A stretch of 64,000 bases of DNA from the human T2T-CHM13v2.0 reference genome, Homo sapiens, in NCBI RefSeq assembly GCF_009914755.1, contig NC_060929.1. One strand, 5' to 3'. Each line of letters opens with the position of its first letter. Position 1 is the stretch's first letter. This document shows positions 1 through 13,399 of the stretch, in pieces. Below the pieces are notes generated by a model that saw only the letters and a list, made by a program, of their open reading frames with translations, had not been told where the DNA came from and did not search any database. Position numbers and translations under genes: made by a program.

Positions 1-2410
1 GAAAAAGCTGACTGGCTGCAGCAGGCTGATGCTTCTGTGTCTTTCTCTGGAGCTGCTGTTGGAAGCTGGGGCTGGGAATATTCACTACTCAGTGCCGGAA
101 GAGACAGACAAAGGTTCCTTCGTAGGCAACATCGCCAAGGACCTAGGGCTGCAACCCCAGGAGCTGGCAGATGGCGGAGTCCGCATCGTCTCCAGAGGTA
201 GGATGCCGCTTTTCGCTCTGAATCCTAGAAGTGGCAGCTTGATCACCGCGCGCAGGATAGACCGGGAGGAGCTCTGCGCTCAGAGCATGCCGTGTCTCGT
301 GAGTTTTAATATCCTTGTTGAGGATAAAATGAAGCTTTTTCCTGTTGAAGTAGAAATAATTGATATTAATGACAACACTCCCCAATTCCAGTTAGAGGAA
401 CTGGAGTTTAAAATGAATGAAATAACGACTCCAGGTACCAGAATCTCATTGCCTTTTGGGCAAGACCTTGATGTGGGTATGAACTCACTCCAGAGCTACC
501 AACTCAGCTCTAACCCTCATTTCTCCCTGGATGTGCAACAGGGAGCCGATGGGCCTCAACATCCAGAGATGGTGCTGCAGAGTCCCTTAGACAGAGAAGA
601 AGAAGCTGTCCACCACCTCATCCTCACAGCTTCTGATGGGGGTGAACCAGTCCGTTCAGGGACCCTCAGAATTTACATTCAGGTGGTGGATGCAAATGAC
701 AATCCTCCAGCATTTACTCAGGCACAATACCATATAAATGTCCCCGAAAACGTGCCGCTGGGTACTCAGCTGCTCATGGTAAATGCCACTGACCCTGATG
801 AGGGAGCCAATGGGGAAGTAACGTACTCCTTTCACAATGTAGACCACAGAGTGGCCCAAATATTTCGTTTAGATTCTTACACAGGAGAAATATCAAATAA
901 AGAACCACTAGATTTCGAAGAATACAAAATGTATTCAATGGAAGTTCAAGCCCAGGATGGTGCGGGGCTCATGGCTAAAGTTAAGGTACTGATCAAAGTT
1001 TTGGATGTAAATGATAATGCCCCAGAAGTGACCATCACCTCTGTCACCACTGCAGTTCCAGAAAACTTTCCTCCTGGGACCATAATTGCTCTTATCAGTG
1101 TGCATGACCAGGACTCAGGAGACAATGGCTACACCACATGTTTCATTCCTGGAAATTTACCCTTTAAATTGGAAAAGTTAGTTGATAATTATTACCGTTT
1201 AGTGACTGAAAGAACACTGGACAGAGAACTTATCTCTGGGTACAACATCACAATAACAGCAATAGACCAAGGAACTCCAGCTCTATCTACTGAAACTCAC
1301 ATTTCACTACTAGTGACAGATATCAATGACAACTCCCCAGTCTTCCATCAGGACTCCTACTCTGCCTACATTCCCGAAAACAACCCCAGAGGAGCCTCCA
1401 TCTTCTCTGTGAGGGCCCACGACTTGGACAGCAATGAGAATGCACAAATCACTTACTCCCTAATAGAGGACACTATCCAGGGGGCACCCCTATCTGCCTA
1501 CCTCTCCATCAACTCCGACACTGGGGTCCTGTATGCGCTGCGATCCTTCGACTATGAGCAGTTCCGGGACATGCAACTGAAAGTGATGGCGCGGGACAGT
1601 GGGGATCCGCCCCTCAGCAGCAACGTGTCTCTCAGCCTATTCCTGCTGGACCAGAACGACAACGCGCCCGAGATCCTGTACCCCGCCCTCCCCACAGATG
1701 GTTCTACCGGCGTGGAGCTGGCGCCCCTCTCCGCAGAGCCCGGCTACCTGGTGACCAAGGTGGTGGCGGTGGACAGAGACTCGGGCCAGAACGCCTGGCT
1801 GTCCTACCGCCTGCTCAAGGCCAGCGAGCCGGGACTCTTCTCGGTGGGTCTGCACACGGGCGAGGTGCGCACGGCGCGAGCCCTGCTGGACAGAGACGCG
1901 CTCAAGCAGAGTCTCGTGGTGGCCGTCCAGGACCACGGCCAGCCCCCTCTCTCCGCCACTGTCACGCTCACCGTGGCCGTGGCCGACAGGATCTCCGACA
2001 TCCTGGCCGACCTGGGCAGCCTCGAGCCCTCCGCCATACCCAACGATTCGGACCTCACTCTGTACCTGGTGGTGGCGGCGGCCGCGGTCTCCTGCGTCTT
2101 CCTGGCCTTCGTCATCGTGCTGCTGGCGCACAGGCTGCGGCGCTGGCACAAGTCACGTCTGCTACAGGCTTCGGGAGGCGGCTTAGCGAGCATGCCCGGT
2201 TCGCACTTTGTGGGCGTGGACGGGGTTCGGGCTTTCCTGCAGACCTATTCCCACGAGGTCTCCCTCACTGCGGACTCGCGGAAGAGCCACCTGATTTTCC
2301 CCCAGCCCAACTATGCGGACACACTCATCAGCCAGGAGAGCTGTGAGAAAAAGGGTTTTCTATCAGCACCCCAGTCTTTACTTGAAGACAAAAAGGAACC
2401 ATTTTCTCAG
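1..2410 (+). CDS. PCDHGA1: Protocadherin gamma-A1 variable exon, 5'-truncated (frame starts at base 2: [12 protein letters not shown]...); donor CAG|GTAAAC at 2410/2411; unspliced read-through stops at 2461
   Basis: Six cadherin repeats (DRE, DxNDN, DxD motifs), EC1 CX5[25 protein letters not shown], gamma-A cytoplasmic motif; the frame is open upstream of ATG 29; first in the A1-A2-A3-B1 order. Confidence 0.93.
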
Positions 2411-2703
2411 GTAAACTTTTGTGATGAATGTATCAGCTATCTAGAGAAAAATAATTCTTGATTTAACTTACTAGCGTTCGCTCTTTGCTACAGATAGTTC
2501 TTCTAACCCATGTATCTTTGTAGCTTTTTATTACAAGTCCTGCAAAATCACGATTGAGTCTACACGTTCATATGCAGGTATATTTATAATTGTTCTTGCA
2601 CTGAAAAGGAGACTGTGATCATAATGTAGGTGGTTGGGTTGAAGGTATGTGTGAGATGCCATCTCTGTTTGGAAAGAGCACTGCATTAGAAACGGCGATC
2701 TAG

Positions 2704-2991
2704 GGCCGGGCGCGGTGGCTCACGCCTGTAATCCCAGCACTTTGGGAGGCCGAGGCGGGTGGATCATGAGGTCAGGAGATCGAGACCATCCTGGCTAACA
2801 AGGTGAAACCCCGTCTCTACTAAAAATACAAAAAATTAGCCGGGCGCGGTGGCGGGCGCCTGTAGTCCCAGCTACTCGGGAGGCTGAGGCAGGAGAATGG
2901 CGTGAACCCGGGGAAGCGGAGCTTGCAGTGAGCCGAGATTGCGCCACTGCAGTCCGCAGTCTGGCCTGGGCGACAGAGCGAGACTCCGTCT

Positions 2992-3028
<37 letters not shown>
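2704..3028 (+). mobile_element. Full-length AluYb8 with pure poly(A) tail; 16-bp TSD AGAAACGGCGATCTAG (2688-2703, 3029-3044)
   Basis: Yb8 diagnostics: GGATCATGAGG, CTAACAAGG, 7-bp duplication GCAGTCCGCAGTC; CpGs intact; perfect TSD. Confidence 0.95.
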
Positions 3029-3031
<3 letters not shown>

Positions 3032-3351
3032 AACGGCGATCTAGCTTCTAACATTTTCTTACTTGCCTCTGGGCTAAAAGGTTTGATTAGAAAAGGCTCA
3101 CCAATATTTAAATGACTAACACTATTTTCAAATTTTCTTTTTATAAGTACCTGCTAATCTACCCCTGAATTTAATGTAGATGTCATCTGTCAGGACACTG
3201 TGATAGTTTATTTGGGGACATTTGAAGAGGTGAAGATTGTCTAAAGTAGTATTTTTAGTTGTGTTCATATAAGATTATAGAGATCTATATAAACTGCAAT
3301 TTTAAATTATTGTTGAATATTTTAGCCTTTTATTCTATCTTTATTATCAGA

Positions 3352-3494
3352 TTTTTTTGGTTTTGAGATGGGGTCATGCTAGAGTGCAGTGGCATGATCA
3401 TGGCTCACTGCAGCCACTACCTCCTGGGCTCAAGCGATCCTCCCACCTCAGCCTCTCAAAGTGCTGATATTACAGGTGTGAGCTGTGGTGCCTG
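3352..3494 (-). mobile_element. Monomer-length old Alu (AluJ/FLAM-like, arm-fused)
   Basis: gagtgcagtggcatgatcatggctcactgcagcc...ctcaagcgatcctcccacctcagcctc...aaagtgctg. Confidence 0.75.
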
Positions 3495-3989
3495 TACTGA
3501 AGAATACGTCTATTTAAGTAATGTATGAAGTAACAAAATGAACAACACAAAATTTATCATGCAACTTGAGAAATAGCTTTGAAGCCTCCTGACTTATACA
3601 TTATACCTGTAATGAAATCAGCTAACAAAAATCAAGTATATATCCTATTTTAATGTGTGTTAACTTTTCAGAAGAAAAAAAAAGTATGGTCGGGGAGTAA
3701 GTCCATGCTTTGATGTATTTACTCTGCTCCAATAAAATACAGAGATACATAAAATATAAGAGGAAAGCAAAAGCAAAGTGGTGAGCTAGTCTAAAGCCAT
3801 GTGAGTTATAGTCTTGGACTTAAAAGCAGAAATTGAAGGTTAGGAAACTGCCTCCAGCAATGTAATAGGGACAGAAGTGCTTCAGACTAGATAAATATCT
3901 GGACCAGGCTTACTGCCTGAATCCAAAATAAGCAATGAGGCCCTTCAGCTGGTTAAAAAGGAAAAGAAAGATGCATTAACATGCTGCCT

Positions 3990-4272
3990 AGCTGGGCGCA
4001 GTGGCTCACGTCTGTATTTCCAACAATTTGAGAGGCTGAGGCGGAAAGATCCTTGGAGCCCTGGAGTTCAAGACCAGCCGGACAGGGCGGCCTGCGACTG
4101 TAGTTCCAGCTACGCGGGGCGGGGAGGGGCGGGGCGGGGCGGGGCAGGAGCTGACGTGGGAGGATCCCTTGAGCCCAGGAAGTCAAGGCTTCAGCGAACC
4201 GTGATCGCGCCACTGCCCTCCAGCCTGGGCGACAGAGCCACACCCTGTTAAATAAATAAATATAATAATAAA
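3990..4272 (+). mobile_element. AluJ-like element with internal deletion and an inserted GGGGC array
   Basis: Left-arm and right-arm Alu motifs, AAAT tail; central A-rich linker missing; G-run array at 4116-4145. Confidence 0.8.
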
Positions 4273-4949
4273 AGCTGTTTCCCAATTCCGGTGGTTATAA
4301 CTTTCTTCGTAAGCTGTGTAGACCAAGAGAGAGAGACAGACACGGATGCTGGATAGAGACAGCGAACACCAAGTATCTCATATGTGAGCTGTGGTATCCA
4401 GAATATCACTGCTGTGCATCATTAAAGCGTCATTAAGAGACCTAGTTATGGCCTGGGACCTGAGGTCAGATAGAAACTATTTCAAAACCATTACAAATGA
4501 GCACTGAACCCAGGAGGGAAGGAGAGAGGGATATAGTGTAGAAGAGAAAAAAACAAACTAAAACTAAAAACAAACAGAGCTCTTCCACTAAAAATAAATA
4601 TACAAACCAAAATTTCAAAACACACTTGTCTCGTAGAATTTATTGTTACTAGTGAGAAACTTTCTGTCAACACACTGTTATTTTTTAAGGTAATCTCTGT
4701 TTTCTCTCTGGTAACTATTGAAGACTTTCTCTCATTCTTGCTGTGTGTCTGTTGCATTTTTATTTTTATTTTTTGCTTGGTACCAAGAGTATACTCTCAA
4801 TTGATAACTAAGTTATCTCACTTCTGGACTTTCTCAGCTCTTATAATCATAATTTTTTTTCTGTGTATATACAAGTGAGCTACATTTACCTATTAAAGGA
4901 CAAATATTACAAAACTGGTTGATTTTTAAAATCCATATTCTAATAATAC

Positions 4950-5850
4950 ACGTGCTTAAAATAAAAATACACTGAAACAGTGAAACTAAATATATATGTA
5001 CACACACAAAAAAGAAAGTCATGTTAATGTAACAACAAAGTCATATTTAAGGTAACAAACACAAATTGTGATTTTAAAAAATGAACTGATTATAGTTGTA
5101 AAAAGAGCAGATGATCAAAAGGATATAAAAATATAAGCTTCTATTACTGAAAAATATAGCTTAGAAAATACCAGAATATTTAAACATAATTCCATAAGAA
5201 ATAATAGACCCCACAGGAAGAAAGTTAGTTAACATAAAGAAGATTTGAACAACATAATTTAGAAGCTTGATCTATTAGGATTCTAATAGATCCGTTCTGC
5301 ACACAACAAATATGGAATAGTCATCCTTGAACAAGCAGACAATCTACAAGTTTATTACCTAGTCATTACAAAAAAGGGTTCAGCAAATTGCAAAGTACCA
5401 ATAATATACTTGCCTTACAACACATACTTAATCACAAAGCAAACATTTAAAAATAGAAAAGGGAAAAAGTTTGGATATTTACATCTACACCCTTAAATAA
5501 CTCTTGGATTTCAAAAATCACAATGACAATGAAAACTACTCAGAAAAAAAGGACTTAAATATTCTTTATTAAAAATTGTGAGATGCAACTAAAACTAATT
5601 AGGAGTAAGTTTATAGACAAATGCAATAATTTTTTTAAAAGCAAACAAAATTATTTAAAATACATGAATTTAGCTTGCCATTCAAGAAGTAAGATAAAAA
5701 ACATACAATGAGTATATACTAAAATAAAATGATGGAAAAAATAACAAAGAGTTACATTTTTGAAATGCAACCATGGAAGAGTTCTGAGGATGAAATAATG
5801 GAAGCAGACAATAAATGTAATAAAACCAGTGGGGAGAAAATGAAAATTCT
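4950..5850 (+). mobile_element. Highly decayed ancient L1 ORF2 remnant
   Basis: A-rich strand bias and L1-like phrases (gaagatttgaacaac, cttaaataactcttggat, tgtgagatgcaactaaa); boundaries approximate. Confidence 0.45.
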
Positions 5851-5881
5851 GTCAAGTCTAACGTTAGGACTCATGTAAGAG

Positions 5882-6050
5882 AGCCAGGCACAATGGCACA
5901 CCTATAATCCCAGGTACTGAGTAGGCTGAGGCAGTAGGATTGCTTGAGCCCAGGAGTTTGAATCCAGCCGGGGCAGTATAACAAGACCCAATCTCTATAA
6001 AACAAAAAAACACAAACACAAACACAAAAATAAAAATAAAAAACAAAAGC
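5882..6050 (+). mobile_element. FLAM/Alu monomer with A-rich tail
   Basis: gccaggcacaatggcacacctataatccca...gaggcagtaggattgcttgagcccaggagtttga. Confidence 0.8.
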
Positions 6051-6225
6051 AAAATATACCATAGTAGCTCTACAAGAAAACATGGTGAGTTGGTATCAAT
6101 TATTTCCAATATATTTTTCTTCAGTCTTGTAAGAGGAATGGATGAAAGTAAAAATGAGAAAATTTCAATAAGGAAGGAGCCAAAAGGCAAACAGATTAAA
6201 GTGTCACCAGAAATGGGCAATTCCA

Positions 6226-7425
6226 CTTATGCCACATACAAAAATTAATTCAAAATGGATCAAAGAAGCAATATTCAGAAGCAATAAAACCCTTTTAGTT
6301 ATTATGTTTAAGAACTAAAACTATACAACTCTTAGAAGAAAACAGGAGGAAACCTTCATAACATTGATTTTTGGCAATGATTTCTTGGATATGACACCAA
6401 AAGCACAAGCAACAAAAGAAAAAAATTGTATACTGGACTTTATCACAGTTAAAAACTATATGCAGCAAAGAACAATATCAATAGAGTGAAAAGGCAGCCC
6501 ACAGAATGAGAGAAAATGTTTCCAAATCATGTATCTGAGAATGGATATCCAGAATAAAGAACTCGAACTCAACAACAAAGAATCCCAAACAATTGGATGT
6601 TAAAATGAGCAAAGGACTTGAATAGACATTTCTCCAAAGATGATATACAAATGGCCAAAACCATATGAAACAATGTTCAACATCACTAGTCATTAGGGAA
6701 ATGCAAATCAAAACCATAATGAGATACTACTCCACATTCATTAGAATTGCTGTCATAAAAGAAAAGAAAAGAAATGTTAACAAGAATATGGAGAAATTGG
6801 AATTCTTGTGCATTGCTGGTGAATATAAAATGACACAACTGCTGTGGAAAATGGTATGGTGACTCCTCAAAAATTTAAACATAGAATTACCATATAATCC
6901 AGCAATTCCACTCTGGTTATTACCCAAAAGAAGTGAAAATAGGGACTTCAACAGATATTTGTACACCTATGTTTATGGCATCATTAGTCACAATAGTTGA
7001 AAAGTGGAAGTAACCCAAGTGTCCATTGACAGATGAATGGGTAAATAAAAAGTGGTTCACACATACAATGGGCTGTTATTTAGCCTTAAAAAGGAAGGGA
7101 ATTCTGTTACATGCTACAATATGGACGAACTTCAAAGACATGATATCAAGTGAAATAAACCTGTTATAAAATGACAAATACTGTATGATTCCTCATATAT
7201 GAAGTTCCTAGATTAGTCAAATTCATAGAGAAAAAAGGTAGAATGGTAGTTGCCAGGGACTGGGTGAAAGGCAATGGGGAGTTGCTATTTAATAAGTACA
7301 GAGTTTCAGTTGGGGAGGATGAAAAAGTTCTGGAAGTGGATGGTGGTAATGGTCACACCAGAATGTAATTTGAATGTACTTAATGTCACAGAATTGTATG
7401 CTTGACTATGGTCAAAATGGTAAAG
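6226..7425 (+). mobile_element. L1MB-type 3' fragment (ORF2 end plus 3' UTR)
   Basis: aaaattaattcaaaatggatcaaaga; gacttgaatagacatttctccaaaga; catcactagtcattagggaaatgcaaatcaaaacca; gaaaaagttctggaagtggatggtggtaatgg. Confidence 0.85.
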
Positions 7426-7599
7426 ATGAAACAAGAGTAAGAAGACATCCACTGCATTGTATTTTACACCCTTGGAAAATGAATATCAGAAAAAGAACTT
7501 GACAACCTCAAACAATTTTGAGTGACTGATTCCTAGTGTGGTGAAAAACCCCTTCCGGCTCTAGCTTTATCAAATAGACCTGCTTTCTGTTTCTGTAAT

Positions 7600-7965
7600 G
7601 TTCCATGCTGTCTCTTACCTTCAAGCATTTGTTCAGAGGTTCTAGAACACTTCTTCAGCCTTTTTCTTGATTCAATCCTACTTTTTATGATTCAGCTTCA
7701 ATCATGCCCTCAAAAAGACTTTTCTGACCCCAAATCTAGACTGGATACCCCTCCTAGGTATTCCTCCATCACCCAGTGTTTCCTACCTCATATCACAGCA
7801 GTTACCATACTCTATTACACTCTCTTTACTTTCTTATGTCCTCCTCCAACCTTCACGCTTGAGACCAGGGCCTGTGTTTATCATGTTCACCATTTCTAGC
7901 TCCAGCTGCAATCATGCAAAGTGGGAGGCACATGTACCCAATTAAGTGTCTGATGATTCAATAAT
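7600..7965 (+). mobile_element. Probable L2 3'-end remnant
   Basis: Pyrimidine-rich body followed by gaccagggcctgtgtttatcatgttcacc...; boundaries approximate. Confidence 0.4.
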
Positions 7966-8336
7966 TTAAAGGCAGATTTTGAAGGTAAATGCAAAGCCAT
8001 CAACCATAAACGTTCAAAATATATAACCTTAGAAGAAAACGTAGCTAACGTTTCTTAATTGATCTTACTGCTTCTGATTATACAATAAGAGATGGAAGAT
8101 GTTTGGAGCAAGGGCAGTGGTGGCATTGATTAATGCCTTGAGCAGTCAATAATACTTTCCTAGCAACTATTATCAAGATCATGTTCATTTATACCATTCT
8201 TATTAATCCTGATAAAAAGATTCCTGTTTTGAAAGATCTAATTCTAGGGTATCTTAGAGCTGTAAGATTCTTTAAAGCGCCTTGAAAGTCAACAAAGGCA
8301 AACAAACAAGAAGTAACTTAGGTTTTCCTGAGCAGG

Positions 8337-8376
8337 TGCAGAAATTATTTAGGCCTCTGAGCGTCGCTGTTGACCA
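8337..8376 (+). promoter_or_regulatory. PCDHGA2 promoter CSE / CTCF site
   Basis: TGCAGaaattatttaggcctctgagcgtCGCTgttgacca; CGCT at 8365, 253 bp before the ATG. Confidence 0.9.
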
Positions 8377-8617
8377 CCTAAGGAGTAAAAGGCAGCGAGA
8401 CATCCAATCCAGCAATACGGCTCCCACAGCACAAGGGGGTGGAGGTTTGGCCCTAAAGCTTCAGGACACCAAAGAAATTCAGTCGAACAGCCCACCAGTT
8501 CTCTCCATAGGGACCTGGGTCCCGTGAATGCTGGTTATCTCACACCCTGAGGAATAAAGATTGGAATCCGCACTGGATGCTGGAAGTTGACTCGGAGAAA
8601 ATTGCGACAGGAGGGAA

Positions 8618-11041
8618 ATGGCGGCTCTGCAAAAGTTGCCACACTGCAGAAAGCTGGTCCTGCTGTGCTTCCTTTTGGCGACCCTGTGGGAGGCCAGGGC
8701 CGGGCAGATTCGCTATTCTGTGCGGGAAGAGATCGACAGAGGCTCCTTCGTAGGCAACATCGCCAAGGACTTGGGTTTGGAGCCCCTGGCACTGGCAGAG
8801 CAGGGAGTCCGCATCGTCTCCAGAGGTAGGTCCCAGCTCTTTGCTCTGAACCCGCGAAGCGGCAGCTTGGTCACTGCGAACAGGATAGACCGGGAGGAGC
8901 TCTGCGCTCAGAGCGCACCCTGTCTGTTGAATTTTAACATTCTGCTGGAGGATAAATTGACTATTTATTCAGTAGAGGTGGAAATAACAGATATTAACGA
9001 TAATGCCCCTCGCTTTGGAGTAGAGGAACTGGAGCTAAAAATCAGTGAAACCACTACGCCAGGATTCCGGATTCCTCTTAAGAATGCGCATGATGCAGAC
9101 GTAGGTGAGAACGCCCTTCAGAAGTACGCACTCAACCCAAATGACCACTTCTCCCTGGACGTGCGAAGGGGAGCTGATGGGAACAAGTACCCAGAACTGG
9201 TGCTGGAGCGCTCTCTGGACCGCGAGGAAGAGGCTGTTCACCACCTCGTTCTCGTGGCTTCTGATGGGGGTGACCCAGTGCTATCTGGCACCTCCCGCAT
9301 CTGCGTGAAGGTCCTGGATGCGAACGACAATGCGCCTGTTTTTACACAGCCCGAGTACCGCATAAGCATTCCGGAGAATACGCTCGTGGGCACCCGGATA
9401 CTCACGGTGACCGCCACTGACGCAGATGAGGGCTACTACGCTCAAGTGGTATATTTTCTAGAGAAAAGCCCTGGAGAAACCTCAGAGGTATTTGAGCTTA
9501 AGTCAACATCTGGAGAACTGACAATCATAAAAGATCTAGATTATGAGGATGCTACATTCCATGAAATTGATATTGAAGCTCAGGATGGTCCGGGCCTTCT
9601 AACCAGAGCGAAGGTTATCGTCACGGTTCTGGATGTGAATGACAATGCCCCAGAATTTTACATGACATCTGCTACTAGCTCAGTTTCTGAAGACTCTCTT
9701 CCAGGAACCATAATTGGGCTTTTTAATGTACATGATAGAGACTCTGGGCAGAACGCATTCACCACCTGTTCACTCCCCGAGGATCTTCCTTTTAAGTTAG
9801 AAAAGTCAGTAGACAATTACTACCGACTGGTTACAACCAGAGCCCTTGACAGGGAACAGTTTTCCTTTTACAACATCACTCTAACCGCTAAAGATGGAGG
9901 GAACCCCTCCCTGTCCACGGATGCTCACATTTTGCTCCAGGTGGCAGACATCAACGACAACGCACCCGCCTTCTCCCGCACATCCTACTCCACCTACATT
10001 CCCGAAAACAACCCCAGAGGAGCCTCTGTCTTCTCAGTGACGGCCCATGACCCCGACAGCAACGACAATGCTCATGTAACTTACTCTTTCGCGGAGGACA
10101 CTGTTCAGGGGGCACCCTTATCCTCTTACATCTCTATCAACTCCGACACTGGAGTACTCTATGCACTGCGCTCCTTTGATTATGAGCAGTTGCGAGACTT
10201 GCAAGTGTGGGTGATAGCGCGGGACAGCGGGAACCCTCCACTCAGTAGCAATGTATCATTAAGCCTGTTCGTGCTGGACCAGAACGACAACGCGCCCGAG
10301 ATCCTGTACCCTGCCTTCCCCACAGACGGTTCCACTGGCGTGGAGCTGGCGCCCCGCTCCGCAGAGCCCGGCTACCTGGTGACCAAGGTGGTGGCGGTGG
10401 ACAGAGACTCGGGCCAGAACGCCTGGCTGTCTTACCACCTGCTCAAGGCCAGCGAGCCGGGACTCTTCTCGGTGGGTCTGCACACGGGCGAGGTGCGCAC
10501 GGCGCGAGCCCTGCTGGACAGAGACGCGCTCAAGCAGAGCCTCGTGGTGGCCATCCAGGACCACGGCCAGCCCCCTCTCTCCGCCACTGTCACGCTCACC
10601 GTGGCCGTGGCCGACAGGATCCCCGACATCCTGGCCGACCTGGGCAGCCTCGAGCCCTCCGCCATACCCAACGATTCGGACCTCACTCTGTACCTGGTGG
10701 TGGCGGTGGCCGCGGTCTCCTGCGTCTTCCTGGCCTTCGTCATCGTGTTGCTGGCGCACAGGCTGCGGCGCTGGCACAAGTCACGCCTGCTGCAGGCTTC
10801 AGGAGGCAGCTTGACAGGCATGCAGAGCTCGCACTTTGTGGGCGTGGACGGGGTTCGGGCTTTCCTGCAGACCTATTCCCACGAGGTCTCCCTCACTGCG
10901 GACTCGCGGAAGAGCCACCTGATTTTCCCCCAGCCCAACTATGCGGACACGCTCATCAGCCAGGAGAGCTGTGAGAAAAAGGATTTTTTATCAGCGCCTC
11001 AATCTCTACTCGAAGAAGAAAGAGAAGAAACGTTTTCTCAG
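8618..11041 (+). CDS. PCDHGA2: Protocadherin gamma-A2 variable exon; donor CAG|GTAATC; read-through stop 11089
   Basis: [17 protein letters not shown]-terminus, 6 EC repeats, TM, VCD; cluster order. Confidence 0.95.
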
Positions 11042-12559
11042 GTAATCTATCTTTTCACAACATACGTACTAGCTAGTTTGCTGAAGTAATTCACTTACTT
11101 GTTTACTATATCTATTTTGTTCCCCATATTTCCTTGAGGGTAGAGTCAAGTTTTAGGAAGTGAGTCTTGGTGAATTATTTCTTGGTAGGTCTTAGTGTTC
11201 ACAGGCTGTAAGAGGAAGAAGAGACGTGAGAATCTTTGTGCAATGAATGTAAACCAGGAGTTAATAGATAAGATTATCCAAAGAGCACTGCATTAGGAAC
11301 TAGGGTGTCTGGTTTCTTATACTTTCTTCTCCATCCCTGGGCAAATCATCTCATCCACCCAGATCAACAATTTTTTCTTTGTTAAAAATATAAAGATTGG
11401 AGTTTATGTTTACTCAAGTCCTTTCTTCTTTTAAGTTATGACTCTTACTCTATATTTGAATCTGTATATGAACAGTGAAACATGTTAGTTGGCTAGTTCT
11501 TTCTCATTCAGTCTTAATACATTTCTTTCAGTTTGGCAGCAAAATTGTTTTCCTTAACTTGCATGCCCTTCCCTGTTAAAAATATGGAAATTTAGAAATA
11601 TACATTCCTTACAGTGTTTCAGGAAGGTATGTCATATTATTTTGGCTTAGTTTTAAAAATCACATTAGCCTCTAAGCTATATGCTTCTTGAAGAAGTGAC
11701 TGACTTATCATCTGCTCTATAATAAAGCTGTAGAGTGGTAATAAACAGGTTTCTCCTTTTTTTTATCTTTCTCATACGTGGGAACCATACTGTATTTTAA
11801 TCTTTAAAATAATATATATCCTCAATATAGTTTTGCTTAAAGAAAAGATACAAAAGATTCATATCATACAATTGCCCAGAACCAACTTCTTTATACATCT
11901 CTCTTCTCAAGGTTTCTACTCACAATAGCTGCTAGAAATGTTCCCAATCCCTCACCCAATCCCAGTGCCCCTCTGATCAATTTTCTTTTCCCATTCCTCT
12001 TCCTATATTGGCTTTTAGTATGTTGGTTATGTATTTAATAACAGAGAATAATAAGCACACTAATGTTCTATGTAACTGGCATCATTTTTTATTTTTATTT
12101 GAAAATTATCATGTACCAATTGAGCCTTTTATTGAATGATACCATATTTCTCAAAGTGCTGTGATTCTTTCCGTTGCATTTGATCAAGAAAAAATTTTCT
12201 GAGACAACGTGTTGTTTTGGTTACTATTACATAATTGTCTATGAGTAAAATTGGAACTCACTGTGGAATAATATGTCATAATAGCTTTACTTGTAAGTGA
12301 ATAATAAAGTATAAACAGGAAAATTAAAGCAAAGTTATTTTTAGTGTGTGTAGTAACTCCACAAGAATAAATGTCTTATGCATAGATATGTAATGCATCA
12401 TGATTGAAACGACAAATATATTGTATTTATATTTCTGTGCTTGGAAACTTATGGGGAAAGAGATTCTGGAACATAAAAGCTTATTTCTACTAGTTTCAGT
12501 TGGTTTTGAAAAAACATCCTTACAGTCTAGATTTAAACAAAGGAAACTTCTTTCAGTAC

Positions 12560-12870
12560 CCTGAAGGTCTGTGATTTCTCTCTCACACCTAGGCATTGTC
12601 ATGCTGTTCTCTCCCACATCCAGGCCTTTTCACTGATCCACTCCTCTCATGTTTCCTGGGAAAGCGTTTGCTAACATTAAAGGCCCAATTGAAGGCCCCC
12701 CTAACCCCCTTGGCTTCTCCCATTATGGTAATTATCTCAGTACACTGCAATTCCCTGTTTGCTTTTATATCCTTATAATCTCTGTGAAGGAAGCTACTGT
12801 GTCTATATTGTTCACCTTAAATCCCCAAACATATTGTCTGATGCCTAATTATGTGTTTGTTTAATGAATA
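12560..12870 (+). mobile_element. Probable L2 3'-end remnant
   Basis: ctgtgaaggaagctactgtgtctatattgttcacc...tgtttgtttaatgaata; boundaries approximate. Confidence 0.4.
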
Positions 12871-13399
12871 TTAAATAACAACAAATATCGAAACTAAGTT
12901 ATCAGGTCACCAAGAACAAACTTAAAGAAATATAATGTATAAATATGGCTGATTTCTGTGTGTTTCTTTTCTTTTTTTCCTTGTCTCAGCTCTTAGAGAG
13001 TTAAGAGTATAGAGAGGGAAAGGTCAAAGAGGAGGTGGATATCTTATCAAATAACCCTGATAAATGTAGTAAGTATAAGAATAAACACATTATCAAGGTT
13101 CAGTGGTGGAAGAACAAGTGGTGGTCATGTCTTTTAATAGTTGTGTTGGTCCTTACGGCCAGTTCTTTGTTACTGTGTGTTTCTTAAACTGAACAATTCA
13201 AAAAAGTTAACTCCACTATGTTTGAAGCAATATTGGTGGCATTAAGGTTAGCGCATGGATTCCCAAGAAAGATAACTTGAGGTGACACTGTTTAACATAT
13301 ATCGATTCAATTATGTTCAATCAACACTAGTCCTCTTATCTCTGACAAGAAGGATTTCAGATCTTGGATAATTCAAAAATAATAATGTGTCTGAGAGGA

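Noticed and set aside
1637-2193. Recurrent antisense ORFs over EC6/TM (also at 10259, 15266, 26639, 35769, 41178, 45526, 59337)
   Set aside because: By-product of GC-rich, gene-converted coding sequence lacking antisense stops; they recur only because the sense strand is near-identical
2872-3054. Alu-derived short ORFs (also at 17147, 27562, 36941, 46334, 47898, 49493, 51524)
   Set aside because: Standard translations of Alu sequence
5269-5292. 10-bp perfect hairpin gatctattag/ctaatagatc
   Set aside because: Single short palindrome inside a decayed L1; compatible with chance or a local slip
6478-6966. Short ORFs within the L1 fragment
   Set aside because: Decayed L1 ORF2 pieces with no intact domain
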